This document shows positions 18,465 through 28,451 of a stretch of 36,186 bases of DNA, piece by piece. Every line of letters begins with the position of its first letter. The first letter of the stretch is position 1. This DNA is from an uncultured Alphaproteobacteria bacterium. Its GTDB lineage: Bacteria; Pseudomonadota; Alphaproteobacteria; Rs-D84. Below the pieces are notes generated by a model. That model saw only the letters and a list, made by a program, of their open reading frames with translations. It made no database searches and was not told where the DNA came from. A program made the translations under genes and the position numbers. The DNA lies in the NCBI GenBank assembly GCA_947053455.1, contig CAMRSV010000006.1:1-36186 (forward strand), read 5' to 3'.

Positions 18465-19040
18465 TGAATTATCCATATCTTTTATTTGTTGCAAAATATT
18501 ACCACCCGGTACATGTTGCCGCGGTGGGAATTTGGCATTCCAGCGTGCACGGTTCATTGTTGCGCGATAATCGGCAAACTCCCGCGTTAGATATTGAATG
18601 TCAAATTTAAATTCAGCCCCCGTTTCGGCGGTTTGACGCGCAATATATTCGCGTGCGGCATCAAACAAAAACTCGTTTAACTTCTTTATTCTGGCCGTAA
18701 ATTCGGGTGGCACGGCCGCCGCATTAAATATATATGGCGCAAACCCATCGTTTGCGGCGGCGCGTACGCAATCGGACAATTCAACGCCGGCCCCCGGTGC
18801 CGTTAATGCCGCCGTTCCAATCAGTTCGTTCATATAAAACGGAATAAACTTTTTAATATACGCATGACGCATCATTTTTGCCACCGCGTCTGCATTTGAC
18901 GCCACGAATTCACGCTGTTTTATATCGGCAAATCTGATTGCGACAACCGTATCACCCCACGTAATCGCCTTGAACCAATCGGTCAAATCGGATGCATTTA
19001 CAATATTTAATAATTTATCGTTTGCCATGATATTAATCAT
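18459..19040 (-). CDS. Hypothetical protein
   Basis: 193-aa ORF starting immediately after the upstream gene's stop; no recognised motif. Confidence 0.65.
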   Translation of the reverse strand: MINIMANDKLLNIVNASDLTDWFKAITWGDTVVAIRFADIKQREFVASNADAVAKMMRHAYIKKFIPFYMNELIGTAALTAPGAGVELSDCVRAAANDGFAPYIFNAAAVPPEFTARIKKLNEFLFDAAREYIARQTAETGAEFKFDIQYLTREFADYRATMNRARWNAKFPPRQHVPGGNILQQIKDMDNSK

Positions 19041-19041
19041 T

Positions 19042-20985
19042 TTATCCTAAATGTGGCTTTAATGTGACATAAACCTGACCCAGGTCAGTCTTAATCAGCA
19101 TTGCGCCCAACTTATCCGCATTGTCTGCATTTTGGGCAGCCGACAAAACCTTGTCAAAACTGCGCACAAACTGCGTCGCCTGGGAACGGAAAACCGCATC
19201 AGATTTCAGCAGGTCGCGTATTTGTTTTTTATCCGCCGCAGCCATCATTTTGGCCAGCCATTTGGAAAATATGGTTTTGTCGCCGGCATGATATTTCTTC
19301 CATACAACATCTGGAATTTCCGCACCAATCGCGCGAGTTAAATCCAGCGACTGTTCATGCATCTTGTCAAACATACGTTCACTTTGTTTAATGAAATCCG
19401 CACTGCTGATGCGCAGGGATGCCTTGGCCATAACAGGTGCGACCGCAATGGCGTCCATAGGCGCCGTCGCACGTGCAACCATCATTTGCTTGTTCAGGGT
19501 TTGCATTGTTTCCACCGCCTTGGCATAGTCCGACATCAAATCTATCATCTGTTGACGTGATGTGCCGGCCAAATCCTCTAACTTTAATGCAGACTCGGAA
19601 ATTGTGGTGGTCGATTGTGACACCGTCGTATTCATCAGACTTATCTTCTCGTTCAAAGACGCCACAATCTTGTCCAGATTTTCGCCGGTTGCGGCCGCAC
19701 TTTGTGATAAATCGGGCAGAGCGGCAAAATACTTTTCCATCAACTGCGATAGCGGCTGTAGTTGTTCGGTGGTCTGTGCCGACAGCTTTATCAGATTTTC
19801 TGATTGACCCGACAGCTGCGTGTGCGCCGTGTTCATTTCCATTAACGTTTCACGTACCCCCGTTGCCATTGCACGCACGGAATCAGAAAACGCCCCGGCC
19901 GCGGTTTTGGTGTTTTCTAATGTGATGTTAGCAACACCGGAAACCGTGTTTAACTCGGATACTACACCGGTGGCAAATTCCTTTATTTCACCGTCAAACC
20001 GATTAGTTAATGCCGCCAATTCTGTCGATATGCCGCGAACCGACGCTTCGGTTGCAGATGCGGACGCCATCAGTGTTTCCACCGCGTCGGTTAATTTGCG
20101 CACCTGTTTTTCAATGGATGATTCGGCAAGCCGCACCTGACCGCCGACAACATTGGCCGTATTGGTCAAAGTATTCATCTGGCTGGTTAGCTGTTTTTTT
20201 GACTGCTTACTAAAACTATCCATTTTAACCAAATAGGAATCCAATGACTTATTATTCTTTTCCAGAACATCTTCATAATCTGCGGCGGCAGTTTTTATGT
20301 TTTCAAACCCCGTCACCGACGTTTGAGATAACGCAGATAACTTTTCACGCATTTCATCAGATGACGCCCCCATGTCATTCATTTGTTGGGTATTGCGCTC
20401 AAATTCCGATTCCAGATTTTGTGACAATTCGCGACCACGCGCAACCCACGCATCAATTTGCGATTGAATTTTTGACACACGTTCGGTCGAATCCAAAGAC
20501 GTTGTGTTAATTTTGCTTAACAATTCATTGATATTCGCACTAAATTTATCAGTTATGGTTTCAACATCCGACCAATCTGGCGACGACACAATACCGCGCA
20601 ACCCGGATATTGTATTATCCAGACGCTGTGACATCGTGGATAATTTTTTGGTCGCATCATCGGCGGTCGCCACCAGTTTATCGTTTTGAACCGTCAATTC
20701 CTGCTTCAAGTCATTGGCCGCAGAAATTTGACAATTCAATGTGTCACACATACGCGCAAATCCGGATTCTATTTTTGCAATTTCTTCCGCCATTATATTT
20801 TGCAACACGCGCGTCGCATCGTTCACGCGCGCCCGTTCGGGTCGCATCATCAATTGTAACAAAGATTCCATGACTTTTTGCGAGCGACGCGACACAAAAA
20901 ACAACCCCGCCGCACACATCAGCAGCGCAATAATGCAAACAATACCGGCAATTAAAACTATTTGATTGACAATCATGCTTTCCAT
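19042..20985 (-). CDS. Membrane-anchored long coiled-coil protein with TipN/GPR(RgsE)-like C-terminal domain
   Basis: N-terminal TM, long helical repeat region, C-terminal W.KY..G...IF...FR...QFV..F..L...L..TD.G.VY; start at 20985 or 20976. Confidence 0.65.
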   Translation of the reverse strand: MESMIVNQIVLIAGIVCIIALLMCAAGLFFVSRRSQKVMESLLQLMMRPERARVNDATRVLQNIMAEEIAKIESGFARMCDTLNCQISAANDLKQELTVQNDKLVATADDATKKLSTMSQRLDNTISGLRGIVSSPDWSDVETITDKFSANINELLSKINTTSLDSTERVSKIQSQIDAWVARGRELSQNLESEFERNTQQMNDMGASSDEMREKLSALSQTSVTGFENIKTAAADYEDVLEKNNKSLDSYLVKMDSFSKQSKKQLTSQMNTLTNTANVVGGQVRLAESSIEKQVRKLTDAVETLMASASATEASVRGISTELAALTNRFDGEIKEFATGVVSELNTVSGVANITLENTKTAAGAFSDSVRAMATGVRETLMEMNTAHTQLSGQSENLIKLSAQTTEQLQPLSQLMEKYFAALPDLSQSAAATGENLDKIVASLNEKISLMNTTVSQSTTTISESALKLEDLAGTSRQQMIDLMSDYAKAVETMQTLNKQMMVARATAPMDAIAVAPVMAKASLRISSADFIKQSERMFDKMHEQSLDLTRAIGAEIPDVVWKKYHAGDKTIFSKWLAKMMAAADKKQIRDLLKSDAVFRSQATQFVRSFDKVLSAAQNADNADKLGAMLIKTDLGQVYVTLKPHLG

Positions 20986-21065
20986 CCCCCGAATTTTAAC
21001 AGAGTATAATCCTTGCAGTCCTGTTCGATTTATACTAAAATTTACATAATAAAGCAAGGGTATAA

Positions 21066-23741
21066 ATGGCACAAAAGCGCACTCTTTCACAGGAACAGGA
21101 TATTGCCGCGAATCCGACTGAAAACGTCTGGGTTCAGGCAAACGCCGGCACCGGAAAAACCAGCGTTCTGGTACAAAGATTACTGCGTATACTGTTTCGC
21201 GGCGACATTACGCACGCCGGGATATTGTGCCTAACTTATACAAATGCAGGGGCCAGCGAAATGCGCAACCGTATTCTGGCGGCGTTGCGCACATGGGTAC
21301 AGGCCAGTGACGATGAATTAATAGAGATGTTAAGCGGAATTTCGGAAAACCAACCCGCCACATGTGCGGACGCCGCACATGCCCGCGAAATATTCTTTAA
21401 ATATATCGACAATCCGGAATTACTAAAAATTAAAACAATTCATGGTTTCTGTGAAGAAATTTTACGCCGTTTCCCGATAGAGGCCGGCGTATCACCATCA
21501 TGGATGCTAATATCCGATGCAAACCAAAGAATGTTACTGCAGGATGCGTTTTCCAAACTGATAAACTCATCACTGTCAAATATGGCCGATGGTGCACGTG
21601 TAACAAGCGCCTTTTCACATATTGTTGGGCGCATTTCAGAAACTTATTTGACCGATTTGATGGATATATTAAGTTCACAGTACAAATACTTTTTTGACAT
21701 CGAAGATAATGACAAGTATCGTAATTATTTCATTGATACGACATGGTATTTTTTAAACTTGGATAACGCGCCGAATATATCAGAAGATGAAAAAACACTC
21801 AAAAACATAGTAAATATGGCTATGGATGAGCAAAATACACTAAAAAAGCCGGCAAAATATCTTGACACTATTATCAACTTAACACAACAGTACATTGATA
21901 AAACTATAGATTTTGAAAAATATAAAACTGCATACCTAAAAGCCGATGGCAATAAAATCCAGGCAATAGAAAAGAAAAGTTTTCTAGAAGATGAACAGGA
22001 ACGCGTATACCAAATAAATCAGCATAACGCAAACAAGCAGGTTTTTGACGACACCGTTGCATTATTTGATTTATCATCGGCGTTTGCAAAAACATACCGG
22101 GATATGAAGCGTGCACGCAATCTGTTGGATTTCGAAGACCTTATTTTATATACACGGCGACTATTTTCATCGCCTGAAAATATGGGCTGGGTATTGTCGC
22201 AACTGGATATGTCACTGTCACACATATTAGTGGACGAGGCACAAGACACCAGTCCCGCACAATGGGACATAATGCGTATGTTGGCCGGTGACTTTTTTGT
22301 TGGCGGCGACACAATGGATTCGCCGCGCTCGCTGTTTGTAGTGGGTGACAGCAAGCAGTCTATTTATGGATTCCAGGGCGCAGACCCCGCCGCATTTACC
22401 GCATCACGCGAAGATATTGCACGCCATATAAAACAAAATCTTCGCACAATACGCGAAGTACCACTTACACAAAGTTTCCGGTCACTGTCACCGATTTTAC
22501 GTGTTGTTGATGAATTCTTTGGCGACGAAACAACAATGCAATTGACCGGATTTAACAATAACCGCCATGCATGTTTCCGCAAAGAATGTGGCGGATTGGT
22601 TGAAATGCATAAGTTGGTTTCAAAACAGGATACTGATATCGACATAACACAATACGTGCGCGACATCGCCGATAAAATAAAATCACTGATTGAATCGGGC
22701 CAATATTCGGCACGGGACATCATGGTACTTGTACAAAAGAGGCACCCCATGGCTGCGCCGTTGGTTTCGGAATTAAAGCGGCGAAATATTGACGTTGCCG
22801 GCAGTGACCGAATTGTTTTGCCCAATTTTCCGGCAGTACGGGACATGATGAACATGGTCAGATTCTGTTTGAACAACGCCGACGATTATAGTTTATGTTG
22901 TGTATTAAAAAGTCCAATCTATAGATTGAAAGAACAAGATATTTATAATTTATGTCAATCCCGAAACAATGCGAATAAAGTACATACAGACAATGCGCCA
23001 GACGCCACCAAAACAACCGTGTTTGATATTTTGCGTGATGCACACCCGGAAATATTTGCGCATTTGGTCAAAACAATCGCAAACTCAAAAAACATGGGGC
23101 CGTTTTCGTTCTTTTCAAACTTGCTTAACAATGACGGTGTACGTGAAAACATGATTGCTGCACTTGGCACACAAATAATCGACCCGTTAGAGGAATTTTT
23201 AACAATCTGCCTGTCATATGAAAGAACCCAGCCGGGTACATTATACCACTTTATAAAATGGTTTATTACAGGCGCAAGTGAAATAAAACGCGACATGGAT
23301 GCTACCGCCGGCGTCCGCATTGCCACCGTTCACGGCAGCAAAGGGTTGGAGGCACCGGTTATTTTCCTTATTGATACTGTTCGAACGCCGGACGCAGATG
23401 CGGTTTTGCCGATACCGGAAAACGAAATACCAATTGCAAAACGTGCCAAAGAACACAACATTCCTAATGCATGGATTTGGTCGCCGCGCGGAACCGAGAG
23501 TGCACGCCGCACAATCGCACTTGATGCAGCAAAACAGGATGACATTGCCGAATACTACAGGCTGCTTTATGTTGCGATGACACGTGCGCGCGACCGTTTA
23601 TACATATATGGGCACACGCCATACAAAAACGCCCCTGAAATTGCATGGCACACACAACTGTGGCGCGTTTTGTCTGCCATAGACAATGCAAATATAACCG
23701 AGGACACAATCAGGATAACAGATGACACAAACGCTGCATGA
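21066..23741 (+). CDS. addA: AddA-type UvrD/SF1 helicase lacking the C-terminal nuclease
   Basis: WVQANAGTGKT..L..R..R, LCLTYTNAGA.EM, TIHGFC, ILVDEAQDTS, VGD.KQSIY.FQGA, TVHGSKGLEAP, RLLYVAMTRA. Confidence 0.9.
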   Translation: MAQKRTLSQEQDIAANPTENVWVQANAGTGKTSVLVQRLLRILFRGDITHAGILCLTYTNAGASEMRNRILAALRTWVQASDDELIEMLSGISENQPATCADAAHAREIFFKYIDNPELLKIKTIHGFCEEILRRFPIEAGVSPSWMLISDANQRMLLQDAFSKLINSSLSNMADGARVTSAFSHIVGRISETYLTDLMDILSSQYKYFFDIEDNDKYRNYFIDTTWYFLNLDNAPNISEDEKTLKNIVNMAMDEQNTLKKPAKYLDTIINLTQQYIDKTIDFEKYKTAYLKADGNKIQAIEKKSFLEDEQERVYQINQHNANKQVFDDTVALFDLSSAFAKTYRDMKRARNLLDFEDLILYTRRLFSSPENMGWVLSQLDMSLSHILVDEAQDTSPAQWDIMRMLAGDFFVGGDTMDSPRSLFVVGDSKQSIYGFQGADPAAFTASREDIARHIKQNLRTIREVPLTQSFRSLSPILRVVDEFFGDETTMQLTGFNNNRHACFRKECGGLVEMHKLVSKQDTDIDITQYVRDIADKIKSLIESGQYSARDIMVLVQKRHPMAAPLVSELKRRNIDVAGSDRIVLPNFPAVRDMMNMVRFCLNNADDYSLCCVLKSPIYRLKEQDIYNLCQSRNNANKVHTDNAPDATKTTVFDILRDAHPEIFAHLVKTIANSKNMGPFSFFSNLLNNDGVRENMIAALGTQIIDPLEEFLTICLSYERTQPGTLYHFIKWFITGASEIKRDMDATAGVRIATVHGSKGLEAPVIFLIDTVRTPDADAVLPIPENEIPIAKRAKEHNIPNAWIWSPRGTESARRTIALDAAKQDDIAEYYRLLYVAMTRARDRLYIYGHTPYKNAPEIAWHTQLWRVLSAIDNANITEDTIRITDDTNAA

Positions 23742-24168
23742 TTTGATTAACGCCGAAAATCACATCGCATACGCAACCGATGCAGGACGAAAAATGCATG
23801 CAAAGTTGCAGGCAGTTGTCATTAATGGCGATAATTGCCACGGTGACCTGGAACTAATCCGGCGAATAAAATCCTGTGGGGCGGCGGCGGATTTTTTTGG
23901 TCCAAATTCAAGAACCGAAGCCCCTGTCGCCGGATATATAAACAATAAGTTCATCAGCCGGCGTATCGACAGAATTTGTATAAATAATAAAGCCAAGATA
24001 ATTGACATATTGGATTACAAAACGGACGTATCACGCGATGCGATGCGCACGAAATATATACAGCAACTGTGGGAATACCGTGCACTTATTTCAAAAATAT
24101 ATCCGGGCTACACCATACGCACATATATTTTATGGACGCATTACTGGGAATTGGAACAGGTGCAATAA
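23722..24168 (+). CDS. Stand-alone RecB-family PD-(D/E)xK nuclease (AddA C-terminal domain)
   Basis: G..MH..LQ, E.PV.G, R.IDR, ILDYKT, Y.QQL..Y; own AGGA RBS; 20-nt overlap with the helicase ORF. Confidence 0.85.
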   Translation: MTQTLHDLINAENHIAYATDAGRKMHAKLQAVVINGDNCHGDLELIRRIKSCGAAADFFGPNSRTEAPVAGYINNKFISRRIDRICINNKAKIIDILDYKTDVSRDAMRTKYIQQLWEYRALISKIYPGYTIRTYILWTHYWELEQVQ

Positions 24169-24192
24169 AGTTCGTATATAGCATAAAAATTC

Positions 24193-24222
24193 TTGAACTA
24201 TACACCCAAAAACGGGTATAAT
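24193..24222 (+). promoter_or_regulatory. recN promoter (probably leaderless transcript)
   Basis: TTGAAC-N18-TATAAT followed 7 nt later by ATG; no SD. Confidence 0.55.
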
Positions 24223-24229
24223 TCACATC

Positions 24230-25882
24230 ATGTTAGTATCATTAAGCATTTCAAATATCGTACTGATTGAACGACTAAATCTTGAATTTGGGGCTGGGCT
24301 AAACATATTAACCGGTGAAACCGGCGCCGGAAAAAGCATTCTGCTTGACGCATTATCCATGGCGCTGGGGGCGCGTTCGGACACGGGATTACTGCGACAC
24401 GGATGCGACAGTGCGTCCGTCGTGGCGGAATTTAACGAATGCCCAAATTCTGTAAAAAGTATTCTTGACGATAACGGCATAGAATGTGATGGTACATTGA
24501 TATTGCGACGCACAATGGGCGCCGATGGAAAAAGCCGCGCCTGGATTAACGATACGCCGGTATCTGTAAAAACACTAAAACAAATTGGCGATGCAATTGT
24601 TGAAATTCACGGTCAGTTTGCAAACCACACATTGCTGGATCCATCAACACACAGGGCAGCCCTGGACGAATTTGCCCGAATGCACATGCGTGATTACGAC
24701 AAATTATTGGCCGCGGTAAAGGATGCTTATAACGCATATCATTCGGCCGACACGCAACTTAAAAATCTGCGTGAAATGCTGGAACGTGCGGCATCGGAAC
24801 GCGAATTTTTGGAACATAATGTTGCAGAATTGCGCGCATTGAATCCGCAACCCGGCGAAGAGGGCGAATTAGCCGCCCGACGCGCCGCAATGATGAACGC
24901 GGAAAAGAACGCCGCAATATTGTCAGAGGCCGCCGACGCAATTTCCCCACGCGGACAGTCACTTGATGCGGCAATATGTGCCGTTGCACACATACTTGGG
25001 CGCATAAAAACAGACCCAAATCCATACGCGACCCAGATTGAACGTTTATTTGATGCGGCCGAGATTATTTCTGATGTTGCAGGAACACTTACGCCGCCCG
25101 ATGCGGACATGGACGACATGGACGCGATAGAGGAAAGATTATTTGCCATTCGCGCCGCCGCACGCAAACACCGCGTAACACCGGATGAATTACCGCAAAC
25201 TTATGAAAAGATGGCGGCACAATTAAATGCAATTGACAATTCTGATGCGGAATTAAAAAAATTAGAATCAGATGTAAAAAAATACCGCGCGGCATTTGAC
25301 CAATATGCAGAACAATTGACCGCGGCGCGCGACACGGCGGCAAATGCAATGCGTACGGCATTGCTGACCGAATTGCCGGATCTAAAACTGGGGCAGGCGG
25401 ACTTTGCCGTTATCAATAATCCCGGCGCACCATCAATGCATGGTACTGACGACATATTATTTATGATAAAAACAAATCCCGGTGCCCCGTTTGCCCCATT
25501 GCACAAATCGGCATCGGGCGGCGAACTGGCTCGACTGATGCTGGCCATGCGGGTTGTATTAGCCGGCAATGATAATGCACATACATTCGTCTTTGACGAG
25601 GTTGACACCGGAATTAGCGGCGCCACCGCCAGTGCGGTTGGGCTACGCCTTAATAAATTGGCGAACAGGTCACAAGCATTGGTTATAACACATTCTGCCC
25701 AGGTGGCCGGCTACGCGGATCGTCATTACAAAATATTGAAAACCGTTAAAAACAATGTGACAACAACAACTGTTACGGAAATAAGCGGAAATGACCGGCT
25801 AAACGAAATTGCCAGAATAATCAGCGGAGAAAAAATAACACCGGAATCACTGGCGACCGCAAAAACATTGATTCATAAATAA
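24230..25882 (+). CDS. recN: DNA repair protein RecN
   Basis: LTGETGAGKS, EIHGQ, ASGGELAR, VFDEVDTGISG, ITH. Confidence 0.96.
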   Translation: MLVSLSISNIVLIERLNLEFGAGLNILTGETGAGKSILLDALSMALGARSDTGLLRHGCDSASVVAEFNECPNSVKSILDDNGIECDGTLILRRTMGADGKSRAWINDTPVSVKTLKQIGDAIVEIHGQFANHTLLDPSTHRAALDEFARMHMRDYDKLLAAVKDAYNAYHSADTQLKNLREMLERAASEREFLEHNVAELRALNPQPGEEGELAARRAAMMNAEKNAAILSEAADAISPRGQSLDAAICAVAHILGRIKTDPNPYATQIERLFDAAEIISDVAGTLTPPDADMDDMDAIEERLFAIRAAARKHRVTPDELPQTYEKMAAQLNAIDNSDAELKKLESDVKKYRAAFDQYAEQLTAARDTAANAMRTALLTELPDLKLGQADFAVINNPGAPSMHGTDDILFMIKTNPGAPFAPLHKSASGGELARLMLAMRVVLAGNDNAHTFVFDEVDTGISGATASAVGLRLNKLANRSQALVITHSAQVAGYADRHYKILKTVKNNVTTTTVTEISGNDRLNEIARIISGEKITPESLATAKTLIHK

Positions 25883-25906
25883 AAATCCCAGAAAACTGGG
25901 ATTTTT
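25881..25906. terminator. Bidirectional terminator
   Basis: AAAAATCCCAG-AAAA-CTGGGATTTTT. Confidence 0.8.
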
Positions 25907-25910
25907 ATAT

Positions 25911-26609
25911 CTAATTATAATAACAATTCAAAGTGTACTGATAACTTCCGATTATGTCGCTTTGCGACGTACCCGAGCGAACAAAACATTGCGATTGCGC
26001 CGTTGCGCCCACAACACTTGTTCCGCCATTCGGGCATTTTTTACACAAAGAACCACTTTTGTAATATCCGGCATTACATTTGAATGTTGTGCCACTACAG
26101 GTGGAATTAGCCGGCCGCGCAACGCACGCGGTGCCGGTGTTACAATATCCGCTGTTACAGGTAAACGTCGTGTTGCCTTCACCGCTGCAACTGGCATTGG
26201 CTGGGCATTTCGTACATGTCTTACCATTGCCATAGTAGCCCGACGCGCATACTGTTATAGCGGCCTCTGAATTCGTTCTATCATAAGTAGTTTCACAATG
26301 AATTTCATCATTAATGGGGCATTCAACTTTCAATATTGGCCAATAATATGTAATACTGCCGTTTCCAGTTAAGCTGCTGTATTGCGTGCGTTCTTTTATC
26401 CACTTACTCCAATTAGAACGACATGTCGAGCTGGGGACATAACTACCATAAGATTCACCTGTTTCATAATTTAAGTCCAAACAATCATCAAATCCAGCCT
26501 CTTCAGGATTCACCCAATAAGTACCGCTGTTTATATCTGATACTGACAGACCCCATGTAGGCGTTATAAACAGCACGGCGACGGAAGTTAGTATAAATAT
26601 TTTTGACAT
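25911..26609 (-). CDS. Secreted cysteine-rich repeat protein
   Basis: Signal peptide; three C-x2-GY-x5-C-x2-(C/R)P repeats in the C-terminal half. Confidence 0.75.
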   Translation of the reverse strand: MSKIFILTSVAVLFITPTWGLSVSDINSGTYWVNPEEAGFDDCLDLNYETGESYGSYVPSSTCRSNWSKWIKERTQYSSLTGNGSITYYWPILKVECPINDEIHCETTYDRTNSEAAITVCASGYYGNGKTCTKCPANASCSGEGNTTFTCNSGYCNTGTACVARPANSTCSGTTFKCNAGYYKSGSLCKKCPNGGTSVVGATAQSQCFVRSGTSQSDIIGSYQYTLNCYYN

Positions 26610-26713
26610 TTTTTGTTATTTCCTTTGGCTAACAAAGCACAATTTGACATAGCGGTCAGAGATTAAGAAAATCATAATTATTATAAATAATCAGTGTAAA
26701 AAAACAAGACTTA

Positions 26714-27952
26714 TTACAATTGGGCGATGCCATCTGCAAATTCAATCGATGATATACGTGGGGCGTCGGCAACATGCGACACTACATTACCAGATGCGTC
26801 ACGTGCAATTGTGAATCCACGCGACAAGACACTCTTATAACTCAAAGAATTCAGCATCTGTCCGATATGTGAAATCATTTGACGCAAGGACTGCATTTTA
26901 TTTCCCAGCATTACCGACATGGACGGAACCGCATCCATTTTTTGGCGCGCCGCCTGCATGCGACCATTTACAATAATCCCCAGCGTTCGCGACATGTCGT
27001 CCAGACGTTGCTGACGTTCCATCAGCATTTGTTGCGGGCTTTTTAATGATACAGAATCCATTTTCTGATGCGCCGTTGTCAAACGTGCTGAAAGCGCACC
27101 CAGCAATCTGTGCCACTGATTATCCAAATCCTGAATCAGGGACAATTTTGTCGGAACTGCGGCCTCGGCTGCACCGGTTGGGGTAGGCGCGCGAAAATCC
27201 GCCGCAAAATCAATCAGCATCCAATCCGGCTCGTGTCCAACGCCGGATATAAGCGGTATGTGACTAGCGGCGGCGGCACGAACAACAACTTCCTCGGAAA
27301 AGGGCAACAAATCTTCCAACGCGCCACCACCGCGCGCGACAATTATCACGTCAACATTATCCGCACGGTTAAAGTATTCTATGCCGGCGGCCACCTCTGC
27401 GGCGGCGGTCGCACCCTGGACTGTGGCAGGGTACAAAATCACATGCACCGGAAATCGTTCGCGCAAACGATTTTGAATATCTTGAAATGCGGCGCCGGTT
27501 GGACTGGTTACAACACCGATGCGCGCCGGCAATTTCGGCAACGGTTTTTTCCGCGATGCGTCAAACAATCCCTCTGCGGCAAGTTTTTGTTTCCGTTCCT
27601 CTAGCATTTTTAGGATTGCACCAATACCCGCCATTTCAATTTCGCTAACGATAATCTGATAATTGCTACGCGCAGGATATGTGGTAAAGCGTCCGGTAAC
27701 GATAACCTCCATACCTTCTTCAAGGCGAAATGACACCGGAGTTCCTCGCCATATTATAACGGAAATTGCGGCACCAGAATCCTTTATCGTCATGTACATA
27801 TGCCCAGATGCGGCACGTGTTATCTGTGATAATTCACCACGTATTTTTATACGCGCGAACGCGGTTTCCACGACATTTTTCAACAGTGCCGACGCATCAG
27901 ATACACTGAATATCATGTCCGGCTGCACAAATGGTTCTGGTTTGTTTATCAT
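26714..27952 (-). CDS. xseA: Exodeoxyribonuclease VII large subunit
   Basis: GELS....SGHMY..IKD, GVVTSPTGAA..D, ARGGG..EDL..F, SGVGHE.D, RAPTPTGAAE; start moved to 27952. Confidence 0.95.
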   Translation of the reverse strand: MINKPEPFVQPDMIFSVSDASALLKNVVETAFARIKIRGELSQITRAASGHMYMTIKDSGAAISVIIWRGTPVSFRLEEGMEVIVTGRFTTYPARSNYQIIVSEIEMAGIGAILKMLEERKQKLAAEGLFDASRKKPLPKLPARIGVVTSPTGAAFQDIQNRLRERFPVHVILYPATVQGATAAAEVAAGIEYFNRADNVDVIIVARGGGALEDLLPFSEEVVVRAAAASHIPLISGVGHEPDWMLIDFAADFRAPTPTGAAEAAVPTKLSLIQDLDNQWHRLLGALSARLTTAHQKMDSVSLKSPQQMLMERQQRLDDMSRTLGIIVNGRMQAARQKMDAVPSMSVMLGNKMQSLRQMISHIGQMLNSLSYKSVLSRGFTIARDASGNVVSHVADAPRISSIEFADGIAQL

Positions 27953-27995
27953 GTGAACCAGTCTATCAAAAACTGCAATTTTTGCAATATATAAA

Positions 27996-28451
27996 TTATT
28001 CCATCCCGGCACTGCGCCCAAGAATAAGCGCCTTATCCCGCAAGACTTTAACAAATTCTGGGTCTGTTTTTAACCGCACTTCATCCGTGCCGATTTCATA
28101 TGGGAACGGTTCGTTAAACTGTGTATATGTAATATCAAAAACATTACCAGTTTGACGATGAACCAACCACCAGTGCGCAGGATTATGCACCAAGCGCCAT
28201 ATTTTATCGCCACCTGTATGCAAATAAATATAATAACTGCTGACTATGCAAAAGCCGGTTGCAGGATCATATGTATTTCGTAAAATTTCATTGAATACGC
28301 GCTTGTATGTCAATTTATATTTAAAAGATTCACGCAGCAGGAAAACCATCTCTGGCAGGGAAAACGACCCATCGCACGATACATCCAAATCCTGTGCCTG
28401 AAGCATCAGTTTCTTTGTCGCCGCATCATAAGATTTTAATTTACTGGCCAT
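27996..28451 (-). CDS. Hypothetical protein, putative transglutaminase/papain-like Cys-His-Asp fold (paralog 2)
   Basis: GFCIVSSY, HWWL, GNVFDITYTQ, PYEIG. Confidence 0.6.
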   Translation of the reverse strand: MASKLKSYDAATKKLMLQAQDLDVSCDGSFSLPEMVFLLRESFKYKLTYKRVFNEILRNTYDPATGFCIVSSYYIYLHTGGDKIWRLVHNPAHWWLVHRQTGNVFDITYTQFNEPFPYEIGTDEVRLKTDPEFVKVLRDKALILGRSAGME

